From the IMG/VR virus record IMGVR_UViG_3300045988_183612: a DNA stretch of 64,000 nt, one strand, 5' to 3'. Numbering within the stretch: position 1 is the first letter of the stretch; every line of letters starts with the position of its first letter. Position numbers and translations under genes: made by a program. Below, piece after piece: positions 39,084 through 48,886 of this stretch. The stretch comes from a virus. Below the pieces are notes generated by a model. That model was not told where the DNA came from. It saw only the letters and a list, made by a program, of their open reading frames with translations, and made no database searches.

Positions 39084-39094
39084 ATCTGTCATAT
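39084..39094 (+). promoter_or_regulatory. TTCTGTCATAT-family motif
   Basis: ATCTGTCATAT, 55 bp before ATG 39141. TTTTTTTATGTAAAAAAA sits 24 nt upstream. Confidence 0.55.
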
Positions 39095-39140
39095 ATTAAA
39101 TGTCTTTAAAAAATATTTTAATTAAGAAAGGATTTAACAA

Positions 39141-39254
39141 ATGGGAATTACAGCAAAGCCTTTTGGCAAGAAGAAATCAATTTTTGTAAAGATGGAGAAT
39201 AGTCTTTTAAAGGAAAAGGAAGAAAACAAGAAGAAAAATAATAAGGCAGAATAA
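39141..39254 (+). CDS. small basic hypothetical protein (37 aa)
   Basis: RBS, motif at 39084. Confidence 0.35.
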   Translation: MGITAKPFGKKKSIFVKMENSLLKEKEENKKKNNKAE

Positions 39255-39401
39255 TTTATTATTCAGCTTTAACATTTTCCTTTATTGTTTTTCAATAAAA
39301 GTAAATAGTGAAACTCAACCTAAGCATTTTGCTTACCTGTAAAAGGCAGGATTTTAATAATAAAGATTAGAGAAGAAGAAATAAAATGGGAGGAACAGAT
39401 T

Positions 39402-39569
39402 ATGTTAGATTTTTTGCATGATTGTGGCATTTATGTTGTGATGATAGCTATTATTTGGATCAGTGCAATAATGTTTGTGGTAGGCTATGGCATTAGAAAT
39501 ACAGCTAAGAATACGAATGTTGAAACACAGCAGACAGAAGCTGCAGTAGAGAACTATGCAAATGAATAG
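39402..39569 (+). CDS. small membrane protein (55 aa)
   Basis: AAATGGGAGG RBS. Single hydrophobic helix. Confidence 0.4.
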   Translation: MLDFLHDCGIYVVMIAIIWISAIMFVVGYGIRNTAKNTNVETQQTEAAVENYANE

Positions 39570-39830
39570 CAATTAATGTGTGATGTGTTTTGAGTAGTGT
39601 TGATCGATAATAAAGTTATGACTATAGCTGGTATTTTGAGCAATAAAATGAGGTGAATAAGACGCTCATCGATGGAATACATGCCATTGCCAGTGAAATA
39701 TCTGAAGATGGGATTTCAGTCGATGTTTATTTGTATATGATGATATTGAAGTATTAAAAATGCTATTTTAAAACTCTAAGTTAATTTTTAAATTATAGTT
39801 TTAGAGTATATTTAAATGTAAGGAGATTTT

Positions 39831-40427
39831 ATGTTAAATGTAATAAGCACATGTTTAGGCTGCTTAGGGGTTATCATTGTTGTTATAGGTTTTTTTAATA
39901 TACTTGGATCGATTTTAAATGATGATGAGTCAGGAGTATCTAGTGGAGTTGGTAACTGTATAGTGGGGACAATCTTGATTTCTTCAAGATTTATATTTTC
40001 TATTTTAATTTCAATTTTAAGAACCGAATATAATACTTCACAAACAGATTCGGAAAGTACTACAGAAGCTACAGAAAATATTGGAAATAGCGTATCAGAT
40101 GTTTTAACTAATATTCCGGTTAAGGGTATATTAATTGGTTTAGGTATTTTTATAGTTATTGTTATTGCGATAATAGTTATCGGTAATATAATTCGTAAGA
40201 ATAATGAAAAAAGAAAAACTGAAAAGGAAAAAATGGAGCATGTTCTTAAGACATCACTATCAGATCTTGTAAATGAAGAATTAGAAAAAGCTGATTATGC
40301 TAATAATAATTCTCAGAATTTAAGAACTGATTTTGATGAATATGTAGATTCTTTGGCAAAAAAGTATGATACAGAAAAGCAAAAATCATATAAAATAAAT
40401 GATAAAATCAGCAATCAATTAATTTAA
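39831..40427 (+). CDS. hypothetical membrane protein
   Basis: AAGGAG RBS. Two hydrophobic helices and a K/E-rich C-terminus. Confidence 0.5.
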   Translation: MLNVISTCLGCLGVIIVVIGFFNILGSILNDDESGVSSGVGNCIVGTILISSRFIFSILISILRTEYNTSQTDSESTTEATENIGNSVSDVLTNIPVKGILIGLGIFIVIVIAIIVIGNIIRKNNEKRKTEKEKMEHVLKTSLSDLVNEELEKADYANNNSQNLRTDFDEYVDSLAKKYDTEKQKSYKINDKISNQLI

Positions 40428-40497
40428 ATAAATTTTAATAATTAATAAAAAATAGGATTTACAAAAAACAAGTCCCATTTTTTGTTTATTTTTATTT

Positions 40498-40508
40498 TTC
40501 TGTCATAT
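40498..40508 (+). promoter_or_regulatory. TTCTGTCATAT-family motif
   Basis: TTCTGTCATAT, 49 bp before ATG 40549. Confidence 0.6.
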
Positions 40509-40548
40509 GTAATTTGTATTAAATAAAAAATAAAAGGAGGACTTAATC

Positions 40549-41598
40549 ATGAGAATAAACAAGATTAAGACTAATGTAACAGTATTAAACAAGGTAGACC
40601 GTAAGAATTATCAGATAATTAATGTTGATGGTTCAGGTGATTCCATTAAAGGAACAGCCAAGTTAATTAAGGAGGATGGTTCACTTGATGATTCGGTTAC
40701 TGCAGTAATTACAGCTAATAATGCAATAGCTTACAAGTTGATTGATGATCCTAATATTCCAGATGTTCCAACTGGATATACTGTAGAAAACGGAATTTTG
40801 CTTAAGAATGGAGTCCCTGCTACAGAACAGGGTTCACTGGTAATTAATAGTATTATTACAGGTGTTGCAGGAAGACTTATTTTATCTGTTGAACCAAGAG
40901 AATCAAGAGAAGGTTATTTCGATATTATGTCATATACAGTTGAGTCAGATAAGTTTAATAAGCTTATCAGAAGATCTATTCCAGAAGTTACAATCATTGC
41001 TTCTTCTGAGAATAAGATGCAGTTATATATGACATATTCAAGAACTTATACTAAGGATAAGAAGCTTGAAGATGGAACTATTGAAACAGATAATATCTTT
41101 GATGCTGCAGCAATCATGTTATATGATGTAATGTCTGATGCAGTTGTTGATCATGTTTCTTTTGCGGAGCCAATTAAGGCTGTAGATTCTGTTAAGGCAC
41201 CTAATGAAACAATTTTCGCAATTGAAGCAGATACAGTAGTCGATTCTGACGGAATTATCAAGGAAGATGATTATATTACATTAAGATTTGTTGCTTCTGA
41301 AGGCCATTCATTAAGTTTTTATAAGACAACAGCAATTGACAGTGTTCCAGAATCAATTTCAAAGGGATATAACGCAAGTCTTATTAAAGCTTCTTCAGGC
41401 AAGTGGTATATTAATGATATCACATATAAGATCCCAGATAAGATAGTTGCTGAGCTTGCAGGTTATAATGTAATTGTGGATATTACATCTAAGGATCATG
41501 TTACAAGAATTTCTCTTGCTAATACAAATACTATGGAGATAAAGACTCTTGTTATTTCTGAAACAAGAGATAGAGGAGACATTATAACCATAGAGTAA
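40549..41598 (+). CDS. paralog family protein A (possible virion/structural protein)
   Basis: Shares N- and C-terminal blocks (NVTVLNKVD..., VTRISLANTN.EIK..VI.ET.DRGD) with the next gene. AAAAGGAGG RBS. Confidence 0.55.
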   Translation: MRINKIKTNVTVLNKVDRKNYQIINVDGSGDSIKGTAKLIKEDGSLDDSVTAVITANNAIAYKLIDDPNIPDVPTGYTVENGILLKNGVPATEQGSLVINSIITGVAGRLILSVEPRESREGYFDIMSYTVESDKFNKLIRRSIPEVTIIASSENKMQLYMTYSRTYTKDKKLEDGTIETDNIFDAAAIMLYDVMSDAVVDHVSFAEPIKAVDSVKAPNETIFAIEADTVVDSDGIIKEDDYITLRFVASEGHSLSFYKTTAIDSVPESISKGYNASLIKASSGKWYINDITYKIPDKIVAELAGYNVIVDITSKDHVTRISLANTNTMEIKTLVISETRDRGDIITIE

Positions 41599-41682
41599 TT
41601 GATATTAACGGAATTCTCTATAATTAATTTAAAAAGTAGGGTTAAGGCATGTATATGCTTTAATCCTATTTTGTTTTATTTT

Positions 41683-41693
41683 TTCTGTCATAT
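41683..41693 (+). promoter_or_regulatory. TTCTGTCATAT-family motif
   Basis: TTCTGTCATAT, 45 bp before ATG 41730. Confidence 0.6.
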
Positions 41694-41729
41694 TTTATTT
41701 GAATAAAATAAAAAAGGAGATTTTTCATT

Positions 41730-42881
41730 ATGAGAGAAAACAAAATTTTAGAAAATGTAACAGTATTAAACAAGGTTGACAACAGACAGTATTTAATTAC
41801 ATCTGTTACCGATGGCGTAGGAACGGCTTGTCTTTTAGAAAATGGTGAAGTAAACGAGGATATATCTGTTATGATATCATCATCTAACGTAATTGCTTTT
41901 AGACTTATCAGCAATCCTAATATTCCAGATATTCCAGATGGATATTCAGTAGAAGACGGAATTTTACTTAAGGATGGTGTTGCTGCTACACAGCAGGGTT
42001 CACTGGTAATTAAGAGTATCGTTACATCTGTTCCAGGTAAGCTTTTATTAGCTGTATTGCCTAGAGAAAACACAACAGAACATGATGATTATATTGATTT
42101 ATTTGCTTATAAGCCGGATGAGGATAAGTTTAAGAAACTTATTCCAGTTTCAATTCCAATGCCGGAAGTTATAGGTGTATGTGACAAATATGTGATACTA
42201 AAGACTTCCTATACACACTTTGAAACAAAGAAGGATTGTAATGGAAAAGATATTTTCGCTGAATATTTTGATAATGCTGAAATTATCGTTTATGATGGTG
42301 CAAAGAATTATATTTCAAGTTATTTAATGCTTGACGCACCAATAAATAATGTCATTACTGTAAGAAATTCAATGAATGTACCTACATGGGTCATTGAATA
42401 TACAGAGCAGGTATGTAATAATAATTATTATAATCCTAATTGTGATTGTGGTTATGACTGCGAAAATGATTGTGGAGATTATGATGAATGCAATAATTGT
42501 GACTATCATTTAGATACAATTACTAATACTAAGGAATTAATCGAGATGGATCATATTAAAGCAGAAATGATTGCTCTTAATGGTGGTACATTAATGAGGC
42601 TCAATAGCATTAATATCCCTTCACATATTAAATCTGTTTCAATTGGTTGGAATAGTGCTGATTTTATCAGACTTGAAGACAGAATTATGATTGGAGAGTA
42701 TGTTGATAAAATCATTACTGATTCAAAGATAATGTCTGCAGTTGAAGGATATGATTGGATTGTCGATACAAGTAAGGAAGATAATGTAACAAGAATTGCT
42801 CTTGCAAACGACAATATGGAAATCAAGTATATTGTTATTACTGAAACATCAGATAGAGGAGACGTTGTTAAGGTAAAATAA
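41730..42881 (+). CDS. paralog family protein B with Cys-rich insert
   Basis: Homologous end-to-end to 40549..41598, with an inserted Cys/Asp/Asn-rich segment CNNNYYNPNCDCGYDCENDCGDYDECNNC. Confidence 0.55.
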   Translation: MRENKILENVTVLNKVDNRQYLITSVTDGVGTACLLENGEVNEDISVMISSSNVIAFRLISNPNIPDIPDGYSVEDGILLKDGVAATQQGSLVIKSIVTSVPGKLLLAVLPRENTTEHDDYIDLFAYKPDEDKFKKLIPVSIPMPEVIGVCDKYVILKTSYTHFETKKDCNGKDIFAEYFDNAEIIVYDGAKNYISSYLMLDAPINNVITVRNSMNVPTWVIEYTEQVCNNNYYNPNCDCGYDCENDCGDYDECNNCDYHLDTITNTKELIEMDHIKAEMIALNGGTLMRLNSINIPSHIKSVSIGWNSADFIRLEDRIMIGEYVDKIITDSKIMSAVEGYDWIVDTSKEDNVTRIALANDNMEIKYIVITETSDRGDVVKVK

Positions 42882-42912
42882 TAAAATAATTAACAATTAA
42901 ATAATGTGCATT

Positions 42913-42950
42913 TATACACCAGTTGACTAATCTCAACTGGTGTATTTTTT
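42913..42950 (+). terminator. rho-independent terminator
   Basis: TACACCAGTTGACTAATCTCAACTGGTGTATTTTTT. Confidence 0.75.
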
Positions 42951-42959
42951 CTGTCATGT
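42949..42959 (+). promoter_or_regulatory. TTCTGTCATAT-family motif
   Basis: TTCTGTCATGT, 42 bp before the dnaE exon-1 ATG 42993. Confidence 0.6.
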
Positions 42960-42992
42960 ATTAATTATAAAATTTATAAAGGAGGAAATTTA

Positions 42993-44786
42993 ATGTCAAT
43001 GTTTGAACATGTAAAAATTGGAGAATTAACAAAAAAGGTTATTGAGTCAGGAGTTACAGTGTGTGAACATAACCATCCAGGAGGCTCTTTGTTTGATGCC
43101 GTAGATGAACCTAAACGTTATTTAGATGCTGCATTTAATGCAGGATATACTAAATTTGCTGTTACGGACCATGCATCATTTTCAGCAATGCAAACATGTA
43201 TTGATTACGCTAAGAAAATAAGTACTGAGGAACATCCATTTAATATCATTTATGGCGTAGAGGCTTATATTGAAGTGCCACCATTTAAGATAAATGAACA
43301 GATTGGCCATATGATTATGTTAGCCACTTCAGAAAGAGGCAAGCATATTATTGATAAGTTAAATTCTAAGGCTTCTGAAAAAAGAATGGGAAAGCCTGTT
43401 ATTACAATATCAGATTTAAAGAAATATAACTTTAACGGTGATATAATAGCAACTTCAGCTTGCGTTTCGGGTGCACCAGCTCTGCAATTATTATCAGATG
43501 ATGTTTTGGATAAAATGATTAACAGAGAAAGAAAAGCACAGCAGCATACTACTGAAAAAGACGAGCTAGTTATACATGATTGTATAAGTCCTGATGATAA
43601 AGAATATCTTTCAGCTAAAGATGAATTTGAAAGGGTATCGGCAGATTTAGATGAATTGATTAATATTCGTGATTCCAAGGAACTTAAATCAGAAAGAACA
43701 CAGATTTCAAGAAAATTAAGAGATGCAAGAAAGTGTTTAAATGATGATGATCCAGAGCTTATTAAACTGATTAACGAATATGAGGAGATAAATAATAAAA
43801 TTCTGGAAGCTAAAGATAAAATTCCTAATGTCAGAAAATTAGTTAATGCTAAGAAAGCCGAGTTGAAGGATATAAGTCTTAAGGTAGAGGAATACATTAA
43901 TCATGAAAATAAGATACAGCATTATGAATCATTAAAGAAAAGCCCAATAGAATTAATGTCTGAAGCAGAAAAGACAATGCTTTTTTATCAGGAAATTTTT
44001 GGAGCAGGTAATTATTACATTGAAGTTCAGAATCATGGGCTTGAAATGGAAAGCAGAACATATCCTGTGTTAGCTCAGTTAGCAAGGAAGCATAATATTC
44101 CATTAGTTGCTGCTAATGATGCACATATGGCAGATAATTCTGATAGAAGTATTGATATGCGTAATGTAGCTAAATTTTTAAGATTTATTAAGATAAGTGA
44201 GTCGGAATCAGATAAAGAGTTATATGTAAAGACACCTTATGAACTTGCTCAGGCCTTATCAGCTATATTAACAGATGATCAGGTTGCAGAAGCACTCAAT
44301 AACTTAAATGTAATTGGAAAAAGATGTGCTTATATTCCAGAAAAATCTAATCATTATCCAGTATTTGATAAGAATAAGGATTCAAACGAATTATTAAGAT
44401 CTGAAGCAATTAAGGGAATTAATTGGAGATATCCTAACGGAAAAGGATGGGATGAAGAACATCAGAAACGAATGGAATACGAACTTAATATTATCATTCA
44501 GATGGGCTTTGCCGATTATCATTTAATTGTAAAGGACTTCCTGGAATATGGAAGAATTTGTGGATTAGTACCTATGGATAAACTATCAGAAGTACCTTTA
44601 ACAATTGAAGGTGCAAAAGAGTATGTTAAGGCTCACAATTATAATACCGGAATTGGAATAGGCATTGGAAGAGGTTCAGGTGCCGGTTCATTGGTTACAT
44701 ATTTACTTGGTATTACCGGAATTGATCCATTTAAGTATAATCTGATTTTTGAACGATTCTTAAATCCAGAAAGAGTAAGTATGCCT
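42993..44786 (+). CDS. dnaE: DNA polymerase III alpha (DnaE-type) exon 1: PHP domain with coiled-coil insertion
   Basis: PHP motifs [33 protein letters not shown]...[10 protein letters not shown]. Exon ends ...[13 protein letters not shown] at the conserved DnaE SMP|DIDIDF junction. Read-through into the intron gives a spurious tail to 44834. Confidence 0.8.
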
Positions 44787-45211
44787 AAATATATTGGGCG
44801 TTCAGCGTGGACTCTAACTCAGAGGTGTGCTTAATATTTTATTATTAAGTGCTAACGGTAGAAGTTGAATAAGACTGCTATATAAAGTGTCACAACAGGA
44901 TATATAGCTTAACCCATAGACGAAGCAGCTTCGTAAGAGAACCTACGGTCCTAATATTTTTATATAAAAGATATTGAAGGATAGCAGGCGATACCGTGCT
45001 AAGATTATAAATAATATTATATAAATAAAAAATTGTTCGTATATAATATTATTTATTTTAAAGTGTAACGACTATCCTTTTTAAGGAGTACAACTGAGAA
45101 TGGTTACAGTTGGAAGTGCGTTGAAATATAATATTAATAATATTATATTGAGATATAGTCTAATCCCACTTATACAAGTGTTAAAGTACTACGAAAGTAG
45201 GGGTATATTTG
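44787..45211 (+). other. group I self-splicing intron (no ORF) in dnaE
   Basis: 5' exon ends in U and the intron ends in G. Conserved core elements AACGACTATCC (R, P7 5' strand) and GAGATATAGTCTAA (S, P7 3' strand) are in the right order. Flanking exons join into the continuous conserved DnaE sequence. Confidence 0.75.
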
Positions 45212-45967
45212 GATATCGATAGTGATCTTGCTCTTGGAGTAAGAGAAAAGACAATTGAGTATGTAAGAGCTAAATATGGTAGTGAAGCTGTTGTTGGAAT
45301 TATTACAGAATCAAGACAGCAGGCTAAAGGTGCTATCAGAGATGCTGCAAGATATTATGGAAAGAAAGCCTATGATGATGAAAAGAAATTCTTATCTTTA
45401 GGAGATCAGATTCGTAAGAAAGTGCCTGCTAAAGCAACTAATTTTGAAGATATTGTTGGCATGAAAGATACTAATAGGGTTGATGAATTAGGCATTAATA
45501 TTCAGGACAGCGTTTCTTTGTTAGATTTTTTAAAGGATGAATATAATAGTAATCCAGATGCTATTTCTATTCTTAATATTGCAGCTCATTGCGAAGGTAT
45601 GCTTACGACATACGGACAACATGCCGCAGGTGTTATTATTTATGATAGTAATGATGTTACTGATTATATTCCTATTAGAGATGGAAAAAAGGGAATTAAA
45701 ACTACAGAAATGGACATGATTCAGTGCGAAGCTAATGGATTATTAAAAATGGATTTTCTTGGATTAAAAACTCTTACAATTATTACTGACACACTCAGAA
45801 TGATTCAGAGAGATACAGGAGAAGTAATTGATGTAATGAATATTCCATTAGAGGGTCCTAAAGCTGATAAGGTATACAAAGAAGTATATGCAAAAGGAAG
45901 AACTAAGAATGTTTTCCAGTTTGAGTCAGCCGGTATGAGGAATAACCTTAAGAAGTTATGCTCATAG
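45212..45967 (+). CDS. dnaE: DNA polymerase III alpha exon 2 (palm region)
   Basis: DIDSDLALGVREKTIEYVRAKYG...AIRDAARYYG, MDFLGLKTL and VFQFESAGMRNNLKKL match the DnaE palm region. Ends in TAG-TGA, followed by a terminator. Confidence 0.8.
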   Translation, partial: DIDSDLALGVREKTIEYVRAKYGSEAVVGIITESRQQAKGAIRDAARYYGKKAYDDEKKFLSLGDQIRKKVPAKATNFEDIVGMKDTNRVDELGINIQDSVSLLDFLKDEYNSNPDAISILNIAAHCEGMLTTYGQHAAGVIIYDSNDVTDYIPIRDGKKGIKTTEMDMIQCEANGLLKMDFLGLKTLTIITDTLRMIQRDTGEVIDVMNIPLEGPKADKVYKEVYAKGRTKNVFQFESAGMRNNLKKLCS

Positions 45968-45996
45968 TGAATAGTTAATTGAATATTTTGTATTAA

Positions 45997-46026
45997 AACG
46001 CATGTCATTATGATGTGCGTTTTTTC
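45997..46026 (+). terminator. rho-independent terminator after dnaE exon 2
   Basis: ACGCATGTCATTATGATGTGCGTTTTTT (stem includes G-U pairs). Confidence 0.6.
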
Positions 46027-46034
46027 TGTCATAT
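46024..46034 (+). promoter_or_regulatory. TTCTGTCATAT-family motif
   Basis: TTCTGTCATAT, 46 bp before ATG 46072. Confidence 0.6.
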
Positions 46035-46071
46035 TTCTTTTAAATTATAATAAATAAAGGAGAACAATATT

Positions 46072-46308
46072 ATGGAGAAAAATAATAAAACTCTTATGCA
46101 ACGGTTTATTGAGGCTGGATATTCTGCAAAAGATATATTTCACCATGAATCAGATTTATATGTATTTGTCACACCAATTACTACTAGAGTTATTAATGAA
46201 TGGTGTAAGGAAACAGGATTTGATAAGGATTGGCATTGCCCTATATTCACAGATCAGATAACTGAGAAACAAATGTATGATTGTGCATTCCAATACTATA
46301 CTGAATAA
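46072..46308 (+). CDS. hypothetical protein (78 aa)
   Basis: AAAGGAGAAC RBS, motif at 46024. Confidence 0.5.
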   Translation: MEKNNKTLMQRFIEAGYSAKDIFHHESDLYVFVTPITTRVINEWCKETGFDKDWHCPIFTDQITEKQMYDCAFQYYTE

Positions 46309-46335
46309 AAATAAATAAAGTTTAAGGAGAAAAAT

Positions 46336-46968
46336 ATGGCAATATTTCATGAACATTTACAATACCATCCAGACACAGTAGAGAAACATAAAATTACAGA
46401 TAAAGAAATCAAATTTTTGTCTGATTTGCAGCATGAATTAAATACACAGGACCATGTAGGACAAGCTGATCCTCGATTTTGGGTTATTATGGGAAAAGAA
46501 AAGTGTATTGTTCCAGAAGGATATGAAGACGGTGTAACATTAATAGATAATGAGGCAGTCGAAGAAATTGCTGATAATATTGATGATGCAATTGTATTTT
46601 TTAATAAGGAATTTGAAGAAAACGGTGATGCTTGGGTTATTTCAAAAGAATATGATGGATATTATGTTACATCAAAAGAAGATAATGATTACGAGGAATG
46701 TTTAGCTGATCTTGATGATTTAAAGACTTGGTTGAATGAGCATAATTATGGCAGATATACTTTCACCTGTTATGCATATAGAGATAAAATTTATGAAAAC
46801 ACAATGTTTTTAACAGAAAAGGCAGCCGCTGAACATCTAAAGGCAAATCGTTATCATTACGATGAGTACGCTCATACCTATGCTATGACTGCATGGAGAA
46901 GTCCTGAAGTAGAAGATATCATTAAGATTTTACAGTCAGTAGATTTTTCTGCTATTGTTAGAAAATAA
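46336..46968 (+). CDS. acidic hypothetical protein
   Basis: AAGGAG RBS. Confidence 0.5.
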   Translation: MAIFHEHLQYHPDTVEKHKITDKEIKFLSDLQHELNTQDHVGQADPRFWVIMGKEKCIVPEGYEDGVTLIDNEAVEEIADNIDDAIVFFNKEFEENGDAWVISKEYDGYYVTSKEDNDYEECLADLDDLKTWLNEHNYGRYTFTCYAYRDKIYENTMFLTEKAAAEHLKANRYHYDEYAHTYAMTAWRSPEVEDIIKILQSVDFSAIVRK

Positions 46969-46980
46969 AAGAATGATATT

Positions 46981-47034
46981 ATCGCAATTAAGCAAAAAAC
47001 CCCAACCGACAATAGCCGGTTGTGGGTAGTTCAA
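46981..47034 (+). repeat. 55-bp structured intergenic repeat, copy 5
   Basis: ATCGCAATTAAGCAAAAAACCCCAACCGACAATAGCCGGTTGTGGGTAGTTCA, in the leader of the nucleotidyltransferase gene. Base changes in the stem are partly compensatory. Confidence 0.7.
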
Positions 47035-47056
47035 TTACAAGGATAGGAAAGAGAAT

Positions 47057-48046
47057 ATGATAAATAAAAATATATTAAATATGCCTGAGTATTCATTTTT
47101 AAAGGAAAATCAAAATTTAGATAAGAATATTTGTATACTTGGATTAGGTGGTAGCAGAGCATATGGGACAAATCTTCCAGAAAGCGATATTGATATAAGA
47201 GGAGTTGCTGTTAGAAGAAAAGAAGATATCTTGTTAGGTAATGATTTTGAAAATTTTGTAGATGTTAATACAGATACAACTATTTATAGTTTTGACAAAA
47301 TTATTGAATTATTAACTAAATGCAATCCAAATACTATTGAATTTTTAGGATTAGATGCAGATGATTATATTTATAAAAATGAAATTGGGGAATTATTATT
47401 AAAAAATAAAGATATTTTTTTATCAAATAGATGTATCAATACATTTAGTGAATATGCATTGCAACAGTTATATCGTATGCAGCAGAAGACCAATGCTGCT
47501 TTAACGGAAAAAGAATTAAATAGACACATTTCTGGAGTGCTTAATAATATGTCCAAGAAAATGAATGATAAGTACAATTTAGATGAAAATAATGTGTCTT
47601 TTTATTTGGTTGATGGCAAAATCAAATGTAATATTATTGCAACACAGTGTTCAATGGAAGATTTGTCAGGAATGCTTTCAGAATTTAATAACACTTTAAG
47701 AGATTACCGGAAAACAAGTAAAAGGAATGAACATGCATTAAATCATGGTAAAATAGCAAAACATAGTATGCATTTACTTAGATTATATATGATGGGAATT
47801 GATTTAGTTTCTGAAGGGAAAATTCAAACGAAAAGAATTAAAGAACATGATTTGTTGATGGACATTAGAAATGGTGTATATCTTGATGAAAATGGAATCC
47901 CTAATAAACATTTTTTCAAAATAGTAGATGAATACAAGAATAAGTTTGAAAATGCATGTAAAAACTCTGTATTGCCAGATGAGCCGGATATAGACAAAAT
48001 CAATAAATTTAGAATGGAAATCAATGAGAAAATTGTAAAGTTATAA
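47057..48046 (+). CDS. Pol-beta superfamily nucleotidyltransferase (GS...DxD motif)
   Basis: LGLGGSRAYGTNLPESDIDIRG is a G[GS]x9-13[DE]h[DE]h nucleotidyltransferase signature. The 329-aa size is compatible with the MNT-like or CD-NTase-like classes. Preceded by 55-bp repeat copy 5. Confidence 0.55.
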   Translation: MINKNILNMPEYSFLKENQNLDKNICILGLGGSRAYGTNLPESDIDIRGVAVRRKEDILLGNDFENFVDVNTDTTIYSFDKIIELLTKCNPNTIEFLGLDADDYIYKNEIGELLLKNKDIFLSNRCINTFSEYALQQLYRMQQKTNAALTEKELNRHISGVLNNMSKKMNDKYNLDENNVSFYLVDGKIKCNIIATQCSMEDLSGMLSEFNNTLRDYRKTSKRNEHALNHGKIAKHSMHLLRLYMMGIDLVSEGKIQTKRIKEHDLLMDIRNGVYLDENGIPNKHFFKIVDEYKNKFENACKNSVLPDEPDIDKINKFRMEINEKIVKL

Positions 48047-48051
48047 AATTA

Positions 48052-48079
48052 AACTGGTTACTATTAGTAGCCAGTTTTT
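48052..48079 (+). terminator. rho-independent terminator
   Basis: AACTGGTTACTATTAGTAGCCAGTTTTTTT. Confidence 0.65.
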
Positions 48080-48085
48080 TTATTT

Positions 48086-48096
48086 TTCTGTCATTG
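48086..48096 (+). promoter_or_regulatory. TTCTGTCATAT-family motif
   Basis: TTCTGTCATTG, 43 bp before ATG 48131. Confidence 0.55.
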
Positions 48097-48130
48097 TATT
48101 ATTATAAAATTTAAAAAGGAGAATAAAATT

Positions 48131-48589
48131 ATGAAAACTAATGCATTTGAAATTAAGGAAAACAACTTAGAAACAGTAAATGATATGATAGAGGCACTAT
48201 TGGAAGTGCCTAAGAATTATTTACTGCATCCATTAGGACAGAAATGCGCAATTGCAGTTGATAATTACCATAAATGTGTATATTTAGACGATCCTAATAT
48301 GATGAGCGAGTTTAAATATGAATTAGAAGAAGATATAAAAGAAAATGATGATTGGGATGGAGAAATCCCTGACGACAGTGATAGCCTTGAAAGATTTTCA
48401 TTTTATTATGTTTGGATAGGATATGAGTCAGATTGCGGAGACAATTCAGGAGAATATTCATATTTTTTAAATGAGGATATGGCAAATGATTTCTTTGAAT
48501 CTTCTAAAAATACTGATAAAACATTAGGAACTGCTTCATTTATAAACGGCAGATTAGAACCTGTTAAAGTTATAAAAAGTACATTGTAA
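48131..48589 (+). CDS. acidic hypothetical protein
   Basis: AAAAGGAG RBS, motif at 48086. Confidence 0.5.
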   Translation: MKTNAFEIKENNLETVNDMIEALLEVPKNYLLHPLGQKCAIAVDNYHKCVYLDDPNMMSEFKYELEEDIKENDDWDGEIPDDSDSLERFSFYYVWIGYESDCGDNSGEYSYFLNEDMANDFFESSKNTDKTLGTASFINGRLEPVKVIKSTL

Positions 48590-48604
48590 AAAGAAAGGAA
48601 TTTT

Positions 48605-48874
48605 ATGAAAACTTTAAATATTATAAATAACTTTATTAAAACTTCAGAATCAGAAACAGAAAATAATATGTTGAATATCATTAAAAATACTTTAATAAAT
48701 GAGATTTCAGAAGCTTCTAAAGAAGTTTCTGAGGCGAGTTGGTTGACTGAAAGTACATATGATGACGATGGATATTCTAACGATGATGGCGAGGAAGTTA
48801 TTTATGCAGATACAGCAGTTAATATAATTGAAAGCGTCATATATGATAATTCTGATGAAAATAATAACAACTAA
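48605..48874 (+). CDS. acidic hypothetical protein
   Basis: AAGGAA RBS. Confidence 0.45.
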   Translation: MKTLNIINNFIKTSESETENNMLNIIKNTLINEISEASKEVSEASWLTESTYDDDGYSNDDGEEVIYADTAVNIIESVIYDNSDENNNN

Positions 48875-48886
48875 GGAGAATAAATA

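Noticed and set aside
44787-44834. C-terminal tail [15 protein letters not shown] of the track's dnaE exon-1 ORF
   Set aside because: It is read-through into the group I intron. The conserved DnaE sequence resumes only after splicing to 45212.
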